Assembly (NCBI GenBank): GCA_965237525.1
Contig: CBDEFO010000008.1
Location: 416,001 to 480,000, forward strand
DNA length: 64,000 nucleotides
Direction of reading: 5' to 3'
DNA from: Candidatus Latescibacterota bacterium
GTDB lineage: Bacteria; Latescibacterota; CBDEFO01
The first letter of the stretch is position 1, and every line of letters starts with the position of its first letter. The translations under genes were made by a program, and so were the position numbers. The notes below the pieces were generated by a model. The model saw only the letters and a program-made list of their open reading frames with translations, searched no databases and was not told the origin of the DNA. Positions 42,082 to 51,333 of the stretch are shown here, piece after piece.

Positions 42082-42234
42082 AGGGGCCCTCCTCAATGTA
42101 CAAGCAAACTACACACAGTGGACAGCATACAGGGTCTCCCCCTCCTCCTCTCCGACTGCTCGCCATGAGATTGCTTGGCTACCAAATCACTCTCATGTGA
42201 TTGAAGCAGGTGCCCCAGACTAATGTCCACGTAC

Positions 42235-42715
42235 TTAATTGCCCTTGACGTCCCCCCTTGCAAATATACTAGCCACAAAGTTCAATACATCGGTAGCGCA
42301 TATTTCACAGTACCCATAGTTCTTTATCATACGAGCTCTGACCACGTCTATCTTCTCCTGAGTCTCCTTATCTACAAGGCTCGACACAAGGCTCGTAAGC
42401 TTTATCGTATCCTTTTGATCCTCGAAAAGTTTCAATTCCAGGGCCTTCTGAAGTCGCTCGTTAGTCTTGTAGTCGAAGGTCTTCCCGTCTATTGCCAAAG
42501 CACCTAGATAATTCATGATTTCTCTTCTGAAATCGTCCTTCCTTGACTCAGGAATATCTATCTTCTCCTCAATAGACCTCATCAATCTCTCGTCCGGCTC
42601 TTCATGCTGACCCGTGTACTTGTTCTTCACCTTCTCTTTAAATGTATAAGCCCTGAGATTGTCAATATAGTTTCCGCACAACCTGGTTAGAGCCTCCTCC
42701 TCGGCCGCAATGCCC
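42235..42715 (-). pseudogene. prkA: PrkA/YeaG serine kinase, C-terminal remnant only
   Basis: [29 protein letters not shown]...A; the AAA N-terminal part is absent. Confidence 0.88.
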
Positions 42716-42739
42716 ACGGCCCGTCCGTGTGGTGCCCTA
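42697..42739. repeat. 43-bp direct repeat, copy 1
   Basis: ctcctcggccgcaatgcccacggcccgtccgtgtggtgcccta, identical at 43507-43549. Confidence 0.95.
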
Positions 42740-42767
42740 GCGGTGCCGCGCGGATGCTGACGGGAAA

Positions 42768-42926
42768 ATTCCCGTACAACCCCTGTTCAACGACGCGGAC
42801 GGTACGAGCCAGCGGGAGAGTTTCAGGCGGTATCTGACGACCGCCTTCTCCAAATTGATCGCAGGCGGCCTGCCGGTCCAGGACGCGCTGGTGGCCTCAG
42901 GGCTGATCGGAGCGACCGGAGAATGA
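42768..42926 (+). pseudogene. Possible phage portal C-terminal remnant
   Basis: [46 protein letters not shown]; recalled resemblance only. Confidence 0.35.
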
Positions 42927-43500
42927 CACAAAGCCAACTTTGAGCCGTCCCCAGGACCGCCCCGCAACCGCCGTTGAAGCTGATCCCGGATAAAAAGCCG
43001 GAGCCGAGGATGAACTCCTCACCGAGGGCGGTATATGGGACGGCGTACCCCACCTTATGCGAGCCGGTCTCTTCGTCCCCTGCTACTGCTGGATCGTCCC
43101 AGAGATACTCGACGTAACCGCCTCCCTCAGCCGCCGCGGCGAGGATCTCCTGCATAATTTTGACTCCATTGGAGTCTTCGAGATCGTACAGGTTCCGACC
43201 CTCGAGGTCCGGATCGACCGCGTGAAAGACTACGACACCATCCGTGGTTCCGACATAGAGGTAGACGGAGCCCTGCTTCCAATCCCCGCCGGCCCTGAAG
43301 CTCTCCAAGGCGTCCCGGTACCCGGAAAGGGTCTCGAAGCTATCCAGGTACTCCCTCGCCTCCAGCACGAAGGCTTTCAGGGATTCCCGGTCTACCACGT
43401 CACTGGCCGTTACCTTCGCGTCGTTCTGGGCAACGGCGGGGTTCACTGCGAAGAAGAGGCTGGCCAGCCCCAGAATGATTGCTGCTGTCAGGCGCTTCAT
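42897..43500 (-). pseudogene. Secreted Cache-domain protein with a C-terminal SWGxLK motif out of frame
   Basis: Signal peptide, GGGYVEYLWDDP, KVGYA; removing one base of the run at 42992-42996 gives GFYPGSASTAVAGRSWGRLK. Confidence 0.75.
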
Positions 43501-43506
43501 GATGGT

Positions 43507-43549
43507 CTCCTCGGCCGCAATGCCCACGGCCCGTCCGTGTGGTGCCCTA
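43507..43549. repeat. 43-bp direct repeat, copy 2 (contains the GAGGAG RBS of the Cache gene)
   Basis: Identical to 42697-42739. Confidence 0.95.
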
Positions 43550-43774
43550 ATGGCCTTCTCCCCCGACCCCGGTCGAGTCAGCGAAATCTAAATCCAAGTC
43601 GTCTGGGAGTACGATTTCCTCAAACAAGTCAATGAGGGTCGAGTCATCTGCAGCAAAGCGGAGGCCGGCGACGGACCCGCCGTCGTTTGCGGCGACGAGG
43701 CCGGCAACGGCAGCGGACGGAGCGGCGAGCGGAGCGGCCCCGACCTGTACCAACGATTTTTCAGTGGTGTCCAC
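43547..43774 (-). CDS. Small acidic hypothetical ORF, possibly chimeric
   Basis: AGGAGGT RBS and GTG start; GC content rises after about 10 codons; stop lies at the repeat edge. Confidence 0.4.
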   Translation of the reverse strand: MDTTEKSLVQVGAAPLAAPSAAVAGLVAANDGGSVAGLRFAADDSTLIDLFEEIVLPDDLDLDFADSTGVGGEGH

Positions 43775-44192
43775 GGTGCGACCTCCTGGGAAAGGGAATA
43801 ACTTGCGATAACTGTAATATAAAGACTTTATACTCTAAATCAAAGGCGTTGGTTCATTCAGGAGGTTCGTCAAGTGTTCTTTTTTGCAGTTTGGGGAGGC
43901 TTCACTTATCTCATTAGGTTCAAATTCAGCAGACAGATCTAAAACGCAGTTCAAAGGATCCTTCAGGAATAGGACCTTTCCGGATCCTAATCCGCGGCCT
44001 GGTCAGGAAGAATGTTTCCTCATGTGCGGAATAAATCTTAAATGTTCAAGGGCCCAGCATTTTCCTTCAATGAATGCCACTGGTGCAGAACGTCGGGAAA
44101 GAGTTGAGTTAGTAAACTGTTTCTCCTAATTAGGCAGTTTTGTAGGTTTTGGTAATAACAACGTAATTCAACCTCTTACTACTTTAGCAAGG

Positions 44193-44208
44193 AGCAACAT
44201 TCGTGCCA
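44193..44208 (-). promoter_or_regulatory. Sigma54 -24/-12 promoter facing the prkA operon
   Basis: TGGCAC-GAATG-TTGCT; palindrome TGCCA-N8-TGGCA at 44353-44370 upstream. Confidence 0.75.
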
Positions 44209-44436
44209 AAAAGACAGAACTCCAGAACTATGCAGTTTTCTTTTGGAGGTTAGCAAGGCTTGGCTTACCTTATATCTTGTTTCCTGTCTATCCCTAGCCG
44301 ACTTTAGCCCTCTTTGGCATCAACACGGAAAACTAAATGAACAAATCTTAGGTGCCATATCTTGCTGGCATAATATCTTTCTTGACACTGACGATATCTA
44401 ACGTGTAAAAACTCTACCGAAAAAGCACTACTTCCT

Positions 44437-46293
44437 TCATTTACCTTGACCAGGTATATCATTTCCACGTGCTAATTCTGTTCCTTTCAAATACTCTTCA
44501 TAGACCTTGCGATCCTTCAGAATGTCGATAGCAGTCTTCAGCTGCTTATCTATTGCAAACCCCGCTCTGTACCTGGCTTCTGCGCCCCAGAGCCTCGATA
44601 CAATCTGCATGGCAATTGAGCCTTTAATATATTCCAAACTTTCCTGGAAATCCTTTTCTTCCTGTTCCTCTATCTGCTTTTTCACGATTTGCAGATGCGT
44701 TTCTGCCTCTTGGCTGTACCCGTTTTTGTTCAGGATTTCCTCAAGGTCTTCTAACTGCATCTCGCCTTCGACTACATAATCGAACCCCCGAGAAGAATCC
44801 GCTATAAACTCCCTAAATTGGGCGATCGCGTCATCGTCCAACTCAAAATTCCTCCCCATATTCGGATGCGAAGCTGCATAATGAACCGCAAATGAGAAAA
44901 ACATCCTCTTCTTCATAAGCTCAAGCGCGTAGCGAGGAATATCATCGTTCACCACTATATCGGGGTCTATGCCCCCTCCTCCGTATACTGTTCGCCCTCC
45001 CGCCGTGAATTTCTTTTCTTTTTCACTATTGCTCTCCCGTGCAACCTGAGACACCAACTGGGCCAGATTCTTATTCATAAGAAACTCTGCCTGATTGTAT
45101 GTAAGGCCCAACTTTTCCATCAAAAGACTCTTCATCGAATCTTCATCCGTTGCGTCCTTCATAATTGAGATCAAAGCGTCTATGCTTATTAGTCTCCCAT
45201 CTACAGGGATAATTCCGCCCAGACCTTTCCGTTCCTTATGAATACTCCTCCCGCTGGGAGTATAATACAAAGCAGTGGTCAACTTAAGCAAAGACCCATC
45301 ACCCACGTTCATCACAGTCTGCACAGACCCCTTCCCAAAGGTTGTAGCACCTAATATCAACCCCCTGTCTGAATCCTGGATAGCCCCAGCTACGATCTCT
45401 GCTGCACTAGCACTCTGACTGTTCACCAGAACTATCAAGGGCACGTCCTCGATTACGGGGTCTTGTTCCGCCCTGTAAATCCGTTCCTGACCAGGTCCTC
45501 TCCCCCTGGTTGAAAGGATTGTGTCTCCTTTCTTTAAGAACTTGTCTGCCACCTCAGTTGCCTGCGGCAGTAATCCTCCTGGATTGTTCCTCAAATCCAG
45601 GATAATACCCTTGGCGCCCTCCTGCTTGAACTTAAAGAGAGCCTTTTGAATATCCCGTTCCGTATCTTCTGAAAACCGCGTCTGGAACATCCGTATGTAG
45701 CCTATGCTGTCGTCGATCACATCCGCAAACGACACACTCTTAATAGTAATCACAGCTCTTATAATCGAGAACTCTATTGGCGTGTCAAGGCCCTCCCTTG
45801 CTACCGTAATGTTCACCTGAGTTCCCGGAACGCCCCTTAAAAGCGCAACCACGCCACCCAGACTCTTCTCCCTTGTAGGTTCTCCCTCAATCTTCACGAT
45901 CCGATCGCCCGCTAAAAGGCCTACCTTATCAGCCGGCGTCCCCTCGAGCGTCCATATGACAGTGGGATAGCTGTCCTTTTGGGATATGCTGATCCCTAAT
46001 CCCCCGAATTCTCCCTTGGTATCTATCCTCAACTGTTCCGCTGCCCTCTCACTTAGGAACTGACTGTAGGGATCTAAGTCGCTCAACATCCCCTCTATCC
46101 CAGTTTCAAGCACATCGTCCGGTTCCAGCTCCTTATAGTAGTGGTACAGAATCTTTTTGTACACATCCCACATATCCTCCATGTCCTCGTCCACATCCTG
46201 ATATTTATCCTTGCCCGTAGCGTAGTCTGAATACAATCCCCATCCTGCTGTCAGGATGATTAGAAAAACGATTAAGGTCCATTTGCGCTTCAT
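44437..46293 (-). CDS. ctpA: S41 carboxyl-terminal protease
   Basis: LDPYS, PDZ GLGI, DLRNNPGG, SASAAEI, TFGKGSVQ. Confidence 0.93.
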   Translation of the reverse strand: MKRKWTLIVFLIILTAGWGLYSDYATGKDKYQDVDEDMEDMWDVYKKILYHYYKELEPDDVLETGIEGMLSDLDPYSQFLSERAAEQLRIDTKGEFGGLGISISQKDSYPTVIWTLEGTPADKVGLLAGDRIVKIEGEPTREKSLGGVVALLRGVPGTQVNITVAREGLDTPIEFSIIRAVITIKSVSFADVIDDSIGYIRMFQTRFSEDTERDIQKALFKFKQEGAKGIILDLRNNPGGLLPQATEVADKFLKKGDTILSTRGRGPGQERIYRAEQDPVIEDVPLIVLVNSQSASAAEIVAGAIQDSDRGLILGATTFGKGSVQTVMNVGDGSLLKLTTALYYTPSGRSIHKERKGLGGIIPVDGRLISIDALISIMKDATDEDSMKSLLMEKLGLTYNQAEFLMNKNLAQLVSQVARESNSEKEKKFTAGGRTVYGGGGIDPDIVVNDDIPRYALELMKKRMFFSFAVHYAASHPNMGRNFELDDDAIAQFREFIADSSRGFDYVVEGEMQLEDLEEILNKNGYSQEAETHLQIVKKQIEEQEEKDFQESLEYIKGSIAMQIVSRLWGAEARYRAGFAIDKQLKTAIDILKDRKVYEEYLKGTELARGNDIPGQGK

Positions 46294-46379
46294 ACCTAAT
46301 CTCCTTGAGAAAAGACATTAATGTCAGTATTTATTGTATATCACTCAAAGGATATAGTGTTTCTGGGTTGTGTCATACA

Positions 46380-47039
46380 TCACAGAGCCAAAAGCGAGTG
46401 AAGTCTCTCCCAGATCACCTTCTTTACCTCCCCCCAAACACTTTCTACGCCCCCACTTCCATCTATTATAATGACCCGCTGTGGCTCTATCCTGGCTATC
46501 TCCAGATACCCTTTTTTGACTCTGCAGTGAAACTCCCTGTCCTCGCTTTCCAGCCGGTCAGGCGGGGTTCCTCTTTGCTCTATCCTGCCCTGCGCCACAT
46601 CAACAGGTAAATCTATCAATATTGTAAGGTCCGGCGCTATCCCCTTCGTAGCTATGCTGTTCAAAGAGGAGATAACCTCCATATCCAGCTGTCTTCCGTA
46701 GCCCTGATATGCTAAGGTAGAATCTGAGAAACGCTCGGATACCACAATCTTTCCCTCTTTCACCGAAGGGCCGATTACTTCCTCAACGTGCTGAGATCTG
46801 CTTGCCATATAGAGAAAAAGCTCCGTGAGCCCTCCTATCCTTGCATTTCTCTTATCCTTTACAAGCTTTGAAATCCACTCCGAAATCTCTGTTCCCCCGG
46901 GCTCTCTGGTAATTACTACATCTACCCCTTTGCCCTGCAGTCTCTCCCCCAGCCGCCGTACCTGGGTGGACTTCCCGCAACCATCTATGCCCTCAAAAGT
47001 TATAAAGTATCCCTTCACAACAACCCCCAAACTGTCCAT
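46380..47039 (-). CDS. tmk: Thymidylate kinase
   Basis: FEGIDGCGKST, TREPGG, STLAYQG. Confidence 0.95.
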   Translation of the reverse strand: MDSLGVVVKGYFITFEGIDGCGKSTQVRRLGERLQGKGVDVVITREPGGTEISEWISKLVKDKRNARIGGLTELFLYMASRSQHVEEVIGPSVKEGKIVVSERFSDSTLAYQGYGRQLDMEVISSLNSIATKGIAPDLTILIDLPVDVAQGRIEQRGTPPDRLESEDREFHCRVKKGYLEIARIEPQRVIIIDGSGGVESVWGEVKKVIWERLHSLLAL

Positions 47040-47274
47040 AATCCCTATAATGTAGGACTTCACCAGCGCCCAAATAGCTGCCAAGTATTTTCAGTTCTAA
47101 AGAAAACATTCCAGACCACCTCAAAGATGTATATCCTTCGTCGCAATTTGCTCGGATATGCAACCCCAGCAATTAGCGGGCTCATTCGCAATTAGCGCGC
47201 TTATTCCCTGAATATCCCGGCTCTGAACTTTGCATCCAAAAGCCCTTATAGGGCTCTTTCTGCTGGCGATGAAT

Positions 47275-48333
47275 TTACAAATCGTCTCCTTTGAACTCAA
47301 GCACAATCTGATCCATCTTGATGAGATCATCGCTTTTTAGAATCCTCTCCATCAACCTCCTGCCGTTTACAAAAGTCCCGCTGGAGCTGTGTAAATCGTA
47401 AAGAGTATATTTATATCCTTCTCTGGTTAATTGGACTTGATTTCCCACCTTAAAGCTCCAATACCCTTTCTGCAACCTTCCTGCAACTACAATTCTCAAG
47501 CCCGATCCTGTGTCATCTGGAATCACAATGTCACAGGTCCGGTCTCTGCCCACCGTAATGATATCCTTATCTAGAGTAAACTCTTTACCCGCTGCTGATT
47601 TATTTTTCCCCACTAGCTTCTCTTGGCCTTGCCGCGTCACTAACTCAAGCTCTAAATCATCGAACTTGATCCTCTGTCCATCATCCAAGGGATACCCGGA
47701 CCCCTTTAACCCATTCGCGACCCCCCCGTCAGCGCTCCCGACATCCAGCAGGGTGTATATTCCCGACCTGAATATCTGAGCATGTCTTTCGGACACTCCT
47801 TTGAACGGGAGCTTCAGATCGCTGTCTTCAGATCTCCCGATCAGGCACCTGACCTTGTTCAATCTGTACTGCGGTGGATGTTCTGTGGTGGGCGTCGTCT
47901 GCCCTGCAGCCGTCAATATGAGTCTCCCCCCTGAGTATACATTCACAGACTTTCGTAGGATCAGCTTAAATCGGAAAGGGGAATCGGTCCTTCCAACAAC
48001 AATATCGTTGAACTCTCTGTCCAAGAGCACCTGGCCGCTCTTCCTGTCGCCGCCGATACGGATCCCGTTGACTATCGTGCCGCAGACGCTCCCCAGGTCA
48101 GATATATAGAACATACCGTCTCTAAAATCGATCTGAAAATGTTCCTTTGAGACATTAAGCCGCTCGTCCGCATCTACCAGATAGAGGTAGTTGCCGGGCG
48201 TATTCTCCTTATATCTCGGCCTTTTGTCCTTCGTCACGTCCCTGCCTACTTTGAAAGGAAAGCGGGATAAAGAAATCTCCTTCCCCTGCATTTCTCCCGA
48301 CACACCGATTAACAAAGCGTCTCTTTCAAGCAT
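47275..48333 (-). CDS. Triple FHA-domain protein
   Basis: Three GR...S..H/NG-type units; the third lacks SxxH. Confidence 0.8.
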   Translation of the reverse strand: MLERDALLIGVSGEMQGKEISLSRFPFKVGRDVTKDKRPRYKENTPGNYLYLVDADERLNVSKEHFQIDFRDGMFYISDLGSVCGTIVNGIRIGGDRKSGQVLLDREFNDIVVGRTDSPFRFKLILRKSVNVYSGGRLILTAAGQTTPTTEHPPQYRLNKVRCLIGRSEDSDLKLPFKGVSERHAQIFRSGIYTLLDVGSADGGVANGLKGSGYPLDDGQRIKFDDLELELVTRQGQEKLVGKNKSAAGKEFTLDKDIITVGRDRTCDIVIPDDTGSGLRIVVAGRLQKGYWSFKVGNQVQLTREGYKYTLYDLHSSSGTFVNGRRLMERILKSDDLIKMDQIVLEFKGDDL

Positions 48334-48758
48334 AATAGCGCGCTCCTATCAGGGAGACTTGGAAAGTTTATTATGCCTATAACTCGTTATTCAACATCTA
48401 CTTCGGTCTACCACTACTATTTTGGAACGCAGAGCAATTTAAGGCGTCTTAAGAATTAGAACCGAACCACACGCCAGGTGCCCTTCCCCGAGTAGGAGCT
48501 TTAGCTTGAGAAAAAGCGTACACAGCGACCGAAATTTGGGGAAGGGCACTTTTTTTAGGGAAAACTATATGATCGACAGGACAAGAGAATAATTCTGAAC
48601 AGAACAGCAAGCCTAAATCTATTCTAATTACACACTTACAGTACTGACCCTGGACTTATCCATCGTTGTCGCCAGGGGCAGCGGTTGCAGGTCCTAATCT
48701 ATTACTCGGAAGAACGAGTTCGGTTCAACGTGTGATCAATAGATTGTTCGCCCTTCTT

Positions 48759-49865
48759 TTAGTCAGCTTTCTCCTTTTGGGAGCACTTACCGTACTTGGC
48801 TATGAATTCATCGAGTCTGTCCCTTGCCTCATCGTCTCGTAACTGCTCGGGAGGGGATTTCATAAAATATGACGAAGGGGCATTAAGAGCTCCCTTCAAA
48901 CCGTGATCTAAACCTAACTTGCAGCACCTTACAGCGTCGATTACGACCCCCGCAGAATTGGGTGAGTCCCACACCTCTAATTTGAGCTCCAGTTCAAGCG
49001 GCACATTTCCGAACGATGTGCCCTCCATCTTTAGGTAGCACCATTTCCGGTCACCGAGCCAGGGCACATAATCGCTGGGTCCTATGTAGACATTCTTCTC
49101 GCCTATATCGTAATCCAACTGAGACGTTACGGCGTTCGTCTTACTTGTCTTTTTGGATTCCAGCCGCGAGCGTTCGAGCATGTTCAGAAAATCCGTATTG
49201 CCTCCCACATTCAATTGACTCGTCCGCTCCAACTTGACGCCTCTTTCTCTGAAGAGCCTCGTCAATACACGGTGAACGATGGTAGCCCCGACCTGAGATT
49301 TGATGTCGTCGCCTATGATGGGTAGTCCCCGCTCTTCGAATCTCTTTTGCCAGTACTTATCCTCCGCGCTGGCTATGAATACAGGTACGCAGTTTACAAA
49401 TCCACATCCTGCATCCAGAACCTGTTCCACGTACCACCTAGTGGCCTCTTCACTCCCGACAGGAAGAAAATTTAAAACCACGTCTGTGCCTGTGTCCTTC
49501 AATATCCCAACGATGTCAGAAGTCGCCCCCGGAGCCTTCTCTATAACCTGTGACAGATAATGACCGATGCCATCGTGCGTCATCCCGCGCCCCACAGGAA
49601 CACCAAGATGAGGTACATCGGCGAACTTTATAGTGTTGTTAGGCTTAACGAATATTACGTCTGCTACGTCCTTGCCGACTTTGTTCTCGTCAATGTCGAA
49701 CGCGGCTGATATTTCGATGTCACGGATATGGTAGCCCCCTAAATTTACATGCATAAGCCCCGGGACGAACTCATTCTCATCAGCGTCTTTATAAAAATGT
49801 AGTCCCTGAATAAAGGCTGATGCACAGTTCCCTGCACCTATAATCCCAACCCTCACTTTGCTCAT
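48759..49865 (-). CDS. ino1: Myo-inositol-1-phosphate synthase
   Basis: [46 protein letters not shown]. Confidence 0.95.
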   Translation of the reverse strand: MSKVRVGIIGAGNCASAFIQGLHFYKDADENEFVPGLMHVNLGGYHIRDIEISAAFDIDENKVGKDVADVIFVKPNNTIKFADVPHLGVPVGRGMTHDGIGHYLSQVIEKAPGATSDIVGILKDTGTDVVLNFLPVGSEEATRWYVEQVLDAGCGFVNCVPVFIASAEDKYWQKRFEERGLPIIGDDIKSQVGATIVHRVLTRLFRERGVKLERTSQLNVGGNTDFLNMLERSRLESKKTSKTNAVTSQLDYDIGEKNVYIGPSDYVPWLGDRKWCYLKMEGTSFGNVPLELELKLEVWDSPNSAGVVIDAVRCCKLGLDHGLKGALNAPSSYFMKSPPEQLRDDEARDRLDEFIAKYGKCSQKEKAD

Positions 49866-49965
49866 AGAGTAACTCCTTATGTTACAAATAGATGCCAGAT
49901 TTAAAGATATTAAATGGTCTATTAATAGAAGCAATTGATCGATGCCACTGGGGAACGCTACTTTT

Positions 49966-50565
49966 TTAAGTCGACGCGATCTCCTTTTTCGACTTTTTCC
50001 AGATGTACCACAACCTCTCGCCCACAGTGTAGTTGGCCAGAAGAGCGATAACCCATATAGCCACCATAAGCCCGTTCTTCCCTATGATAGCGCCGAGTCC
50101 GATCAAGATGACGCGCTCTGGTCTCTGCATAAAGCCGACTTTACACTCCTCCCCTAAGCCTTCCGCTCTGGCGCGCACATAGCTGACCATAAGCGAGCCG
50201 ACCAGCGCGAAAAATATGGCAATGCTTGTGATCCACCAATGAGCCAGGATCGAATAATAACCTATTCCAAACCAGACGATGGTCTCCGAGTAGCGATCAA
50301 CGGTAGAATCCAACAGCGCTCCGAACTTCGTCGTACTGCCGGACACCTTTGCCACCTGTCCATCCAAGGCGTCGCAAAGCCCGGCCAGCAGGACTGTAAT
50401 CCCGGCAAGAAGAAATCCCTCTTCTATAAAGAGATATGCTGCATAGAGGTTCAGAATAAACCCCGACAGAGTAATGACATCCGGATGGATGTTCAGCTTA
50501 ACCAACAGCCTAACCAAGGGCTGTACGAAGACCGAAAATTCCTCTTTTAGCCTTTCTCTGATCAC
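49966..50565 (-). CDS. CDP-alcohol phosphatidyltransferase, probable phosphatidylinositol-phosphate synthase
   Basis: DALDGQVAK...[29 protein letters not shown]; adjacent to ino1. Confidence 0.85.
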   Translation of the reverse strand: MIRERLKEEFSVFVQPLVRLLVKLNIHPDVITLSGFILNLYAAYLFIEEGFLLAGITVLLAGLCDALDGQVAKVSGSTTKFGALLDSTVDRYSETIVWFGIGYYSILAHWWITSIAIFFALVGSLMVSYVRARAEGLGEECKVGFMQRPERVILIGLGAIIGKNGLMVAIWVIALLANYTVGERLWYIWKKSKKEIAST

Positions 50566-50601
50566 CTTACATCTCCGTCTTTGACTTCCCCAAAAAAGAG
50601 T

Positions 50602-51333
50602 CTATTCTTTTTCGCCTCCCTTTACTACAACAACAAACTCCCCCTTTGGAACCTTCTCTTCAAAAACCCCTACAAATTGACCTAACTGGCTCCTTAAAGT
50701 CTCTTCAAATCTTTTGGTCAATTCTCTCGAGATGGAGACCTCTCTGCCCCCAAATATCTCATAAGCGTCCTGAAGCATCACCTGGAGCCTGTGCGGAGTC
50801 TCATAAAAGATCATGGTGCGCTTTTCGCACTTAAGCTCTTTAAGACGCTGCTTCCTTTTTGCAGCTTTCCGAGGCAGAAACCCCTCAAAGACGAATCTGT
50901 CAGTAGGCAATCCTGAGACCACAAGCGCCGCAAGAGCAGCGCAGGGCCCAGGGATCGGCACAACCTCAACCCTTTGAGAAACGGCAAGTCTAACCAGTCT
51001 GTACGCCGGATCGGAAATGCCAGGGGTCCCCGAGTCAGATACTAAGGCGACATCCAGACCTTCGCTCAGGGATTGGACGATAGCCGGTCCCTTTTCCTCC
51101 TTATTAAAGTCGTGAAAGCTGGTAAGGGAAGTATCTATCCCGAAATGCGAAAGGAGCTTGCGTGTTCTGCGCGTATCCTCAGCCGCAATAAAGCTCACCT
51201 CTTCGAGGATCCTCTTGGCGCGAAATGTGACGTCCTCAAGATTGCCTATAGGAGTGCTGACGATAAAGAGAGTCCCTGTGCCCGTTTGATTCTTACGGAT
51301 GGATGCTCCACTTTTCACCGAAAGGTTGTCCAC
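50602..51333 (-). CDS. rsmI: 16S rRNA C1402 2'-O-methyltransferase
   Basis: TPIGNLED, AEDTR, SDSGTPGISDPA, RELTKRFE; exact start uncertain. Confidence 0.95.
   Translation of the reverse strand: MDNLSVKSGASIRKNQTGTGTLFIVSTPIGNLEDVTFRAKRILEEVSFIAAEDTRRTRKLLSHFGIDTSLTSFHDFNKEEKGPAIVQSLSEGLDVALVSDSGTPGISDPAYRLVRLAVSQRVEVVPIPGPCAALAALVVSGLPTDRFVFEGFLPRKAAKRKQRLKELKCEKRTMIFYETPHRLQVMLQDAYEIFGGREVSISRELTKRFEETLRSQLGQFVGVFEEKVPKGEFVVVVKGGEKE

Noticed and set aside
42697..43549. Integron attC sites
   Set aside because: No RYYYAAC...GTTRRRY boxes, repeats are short and identical, and no IntI is present
47140..47215. GCAATTAGCG short repeats as a regulatory site
   Set aside because: Only two or three degenerate copies; more likely a decayed intergenic repeat and not supportable
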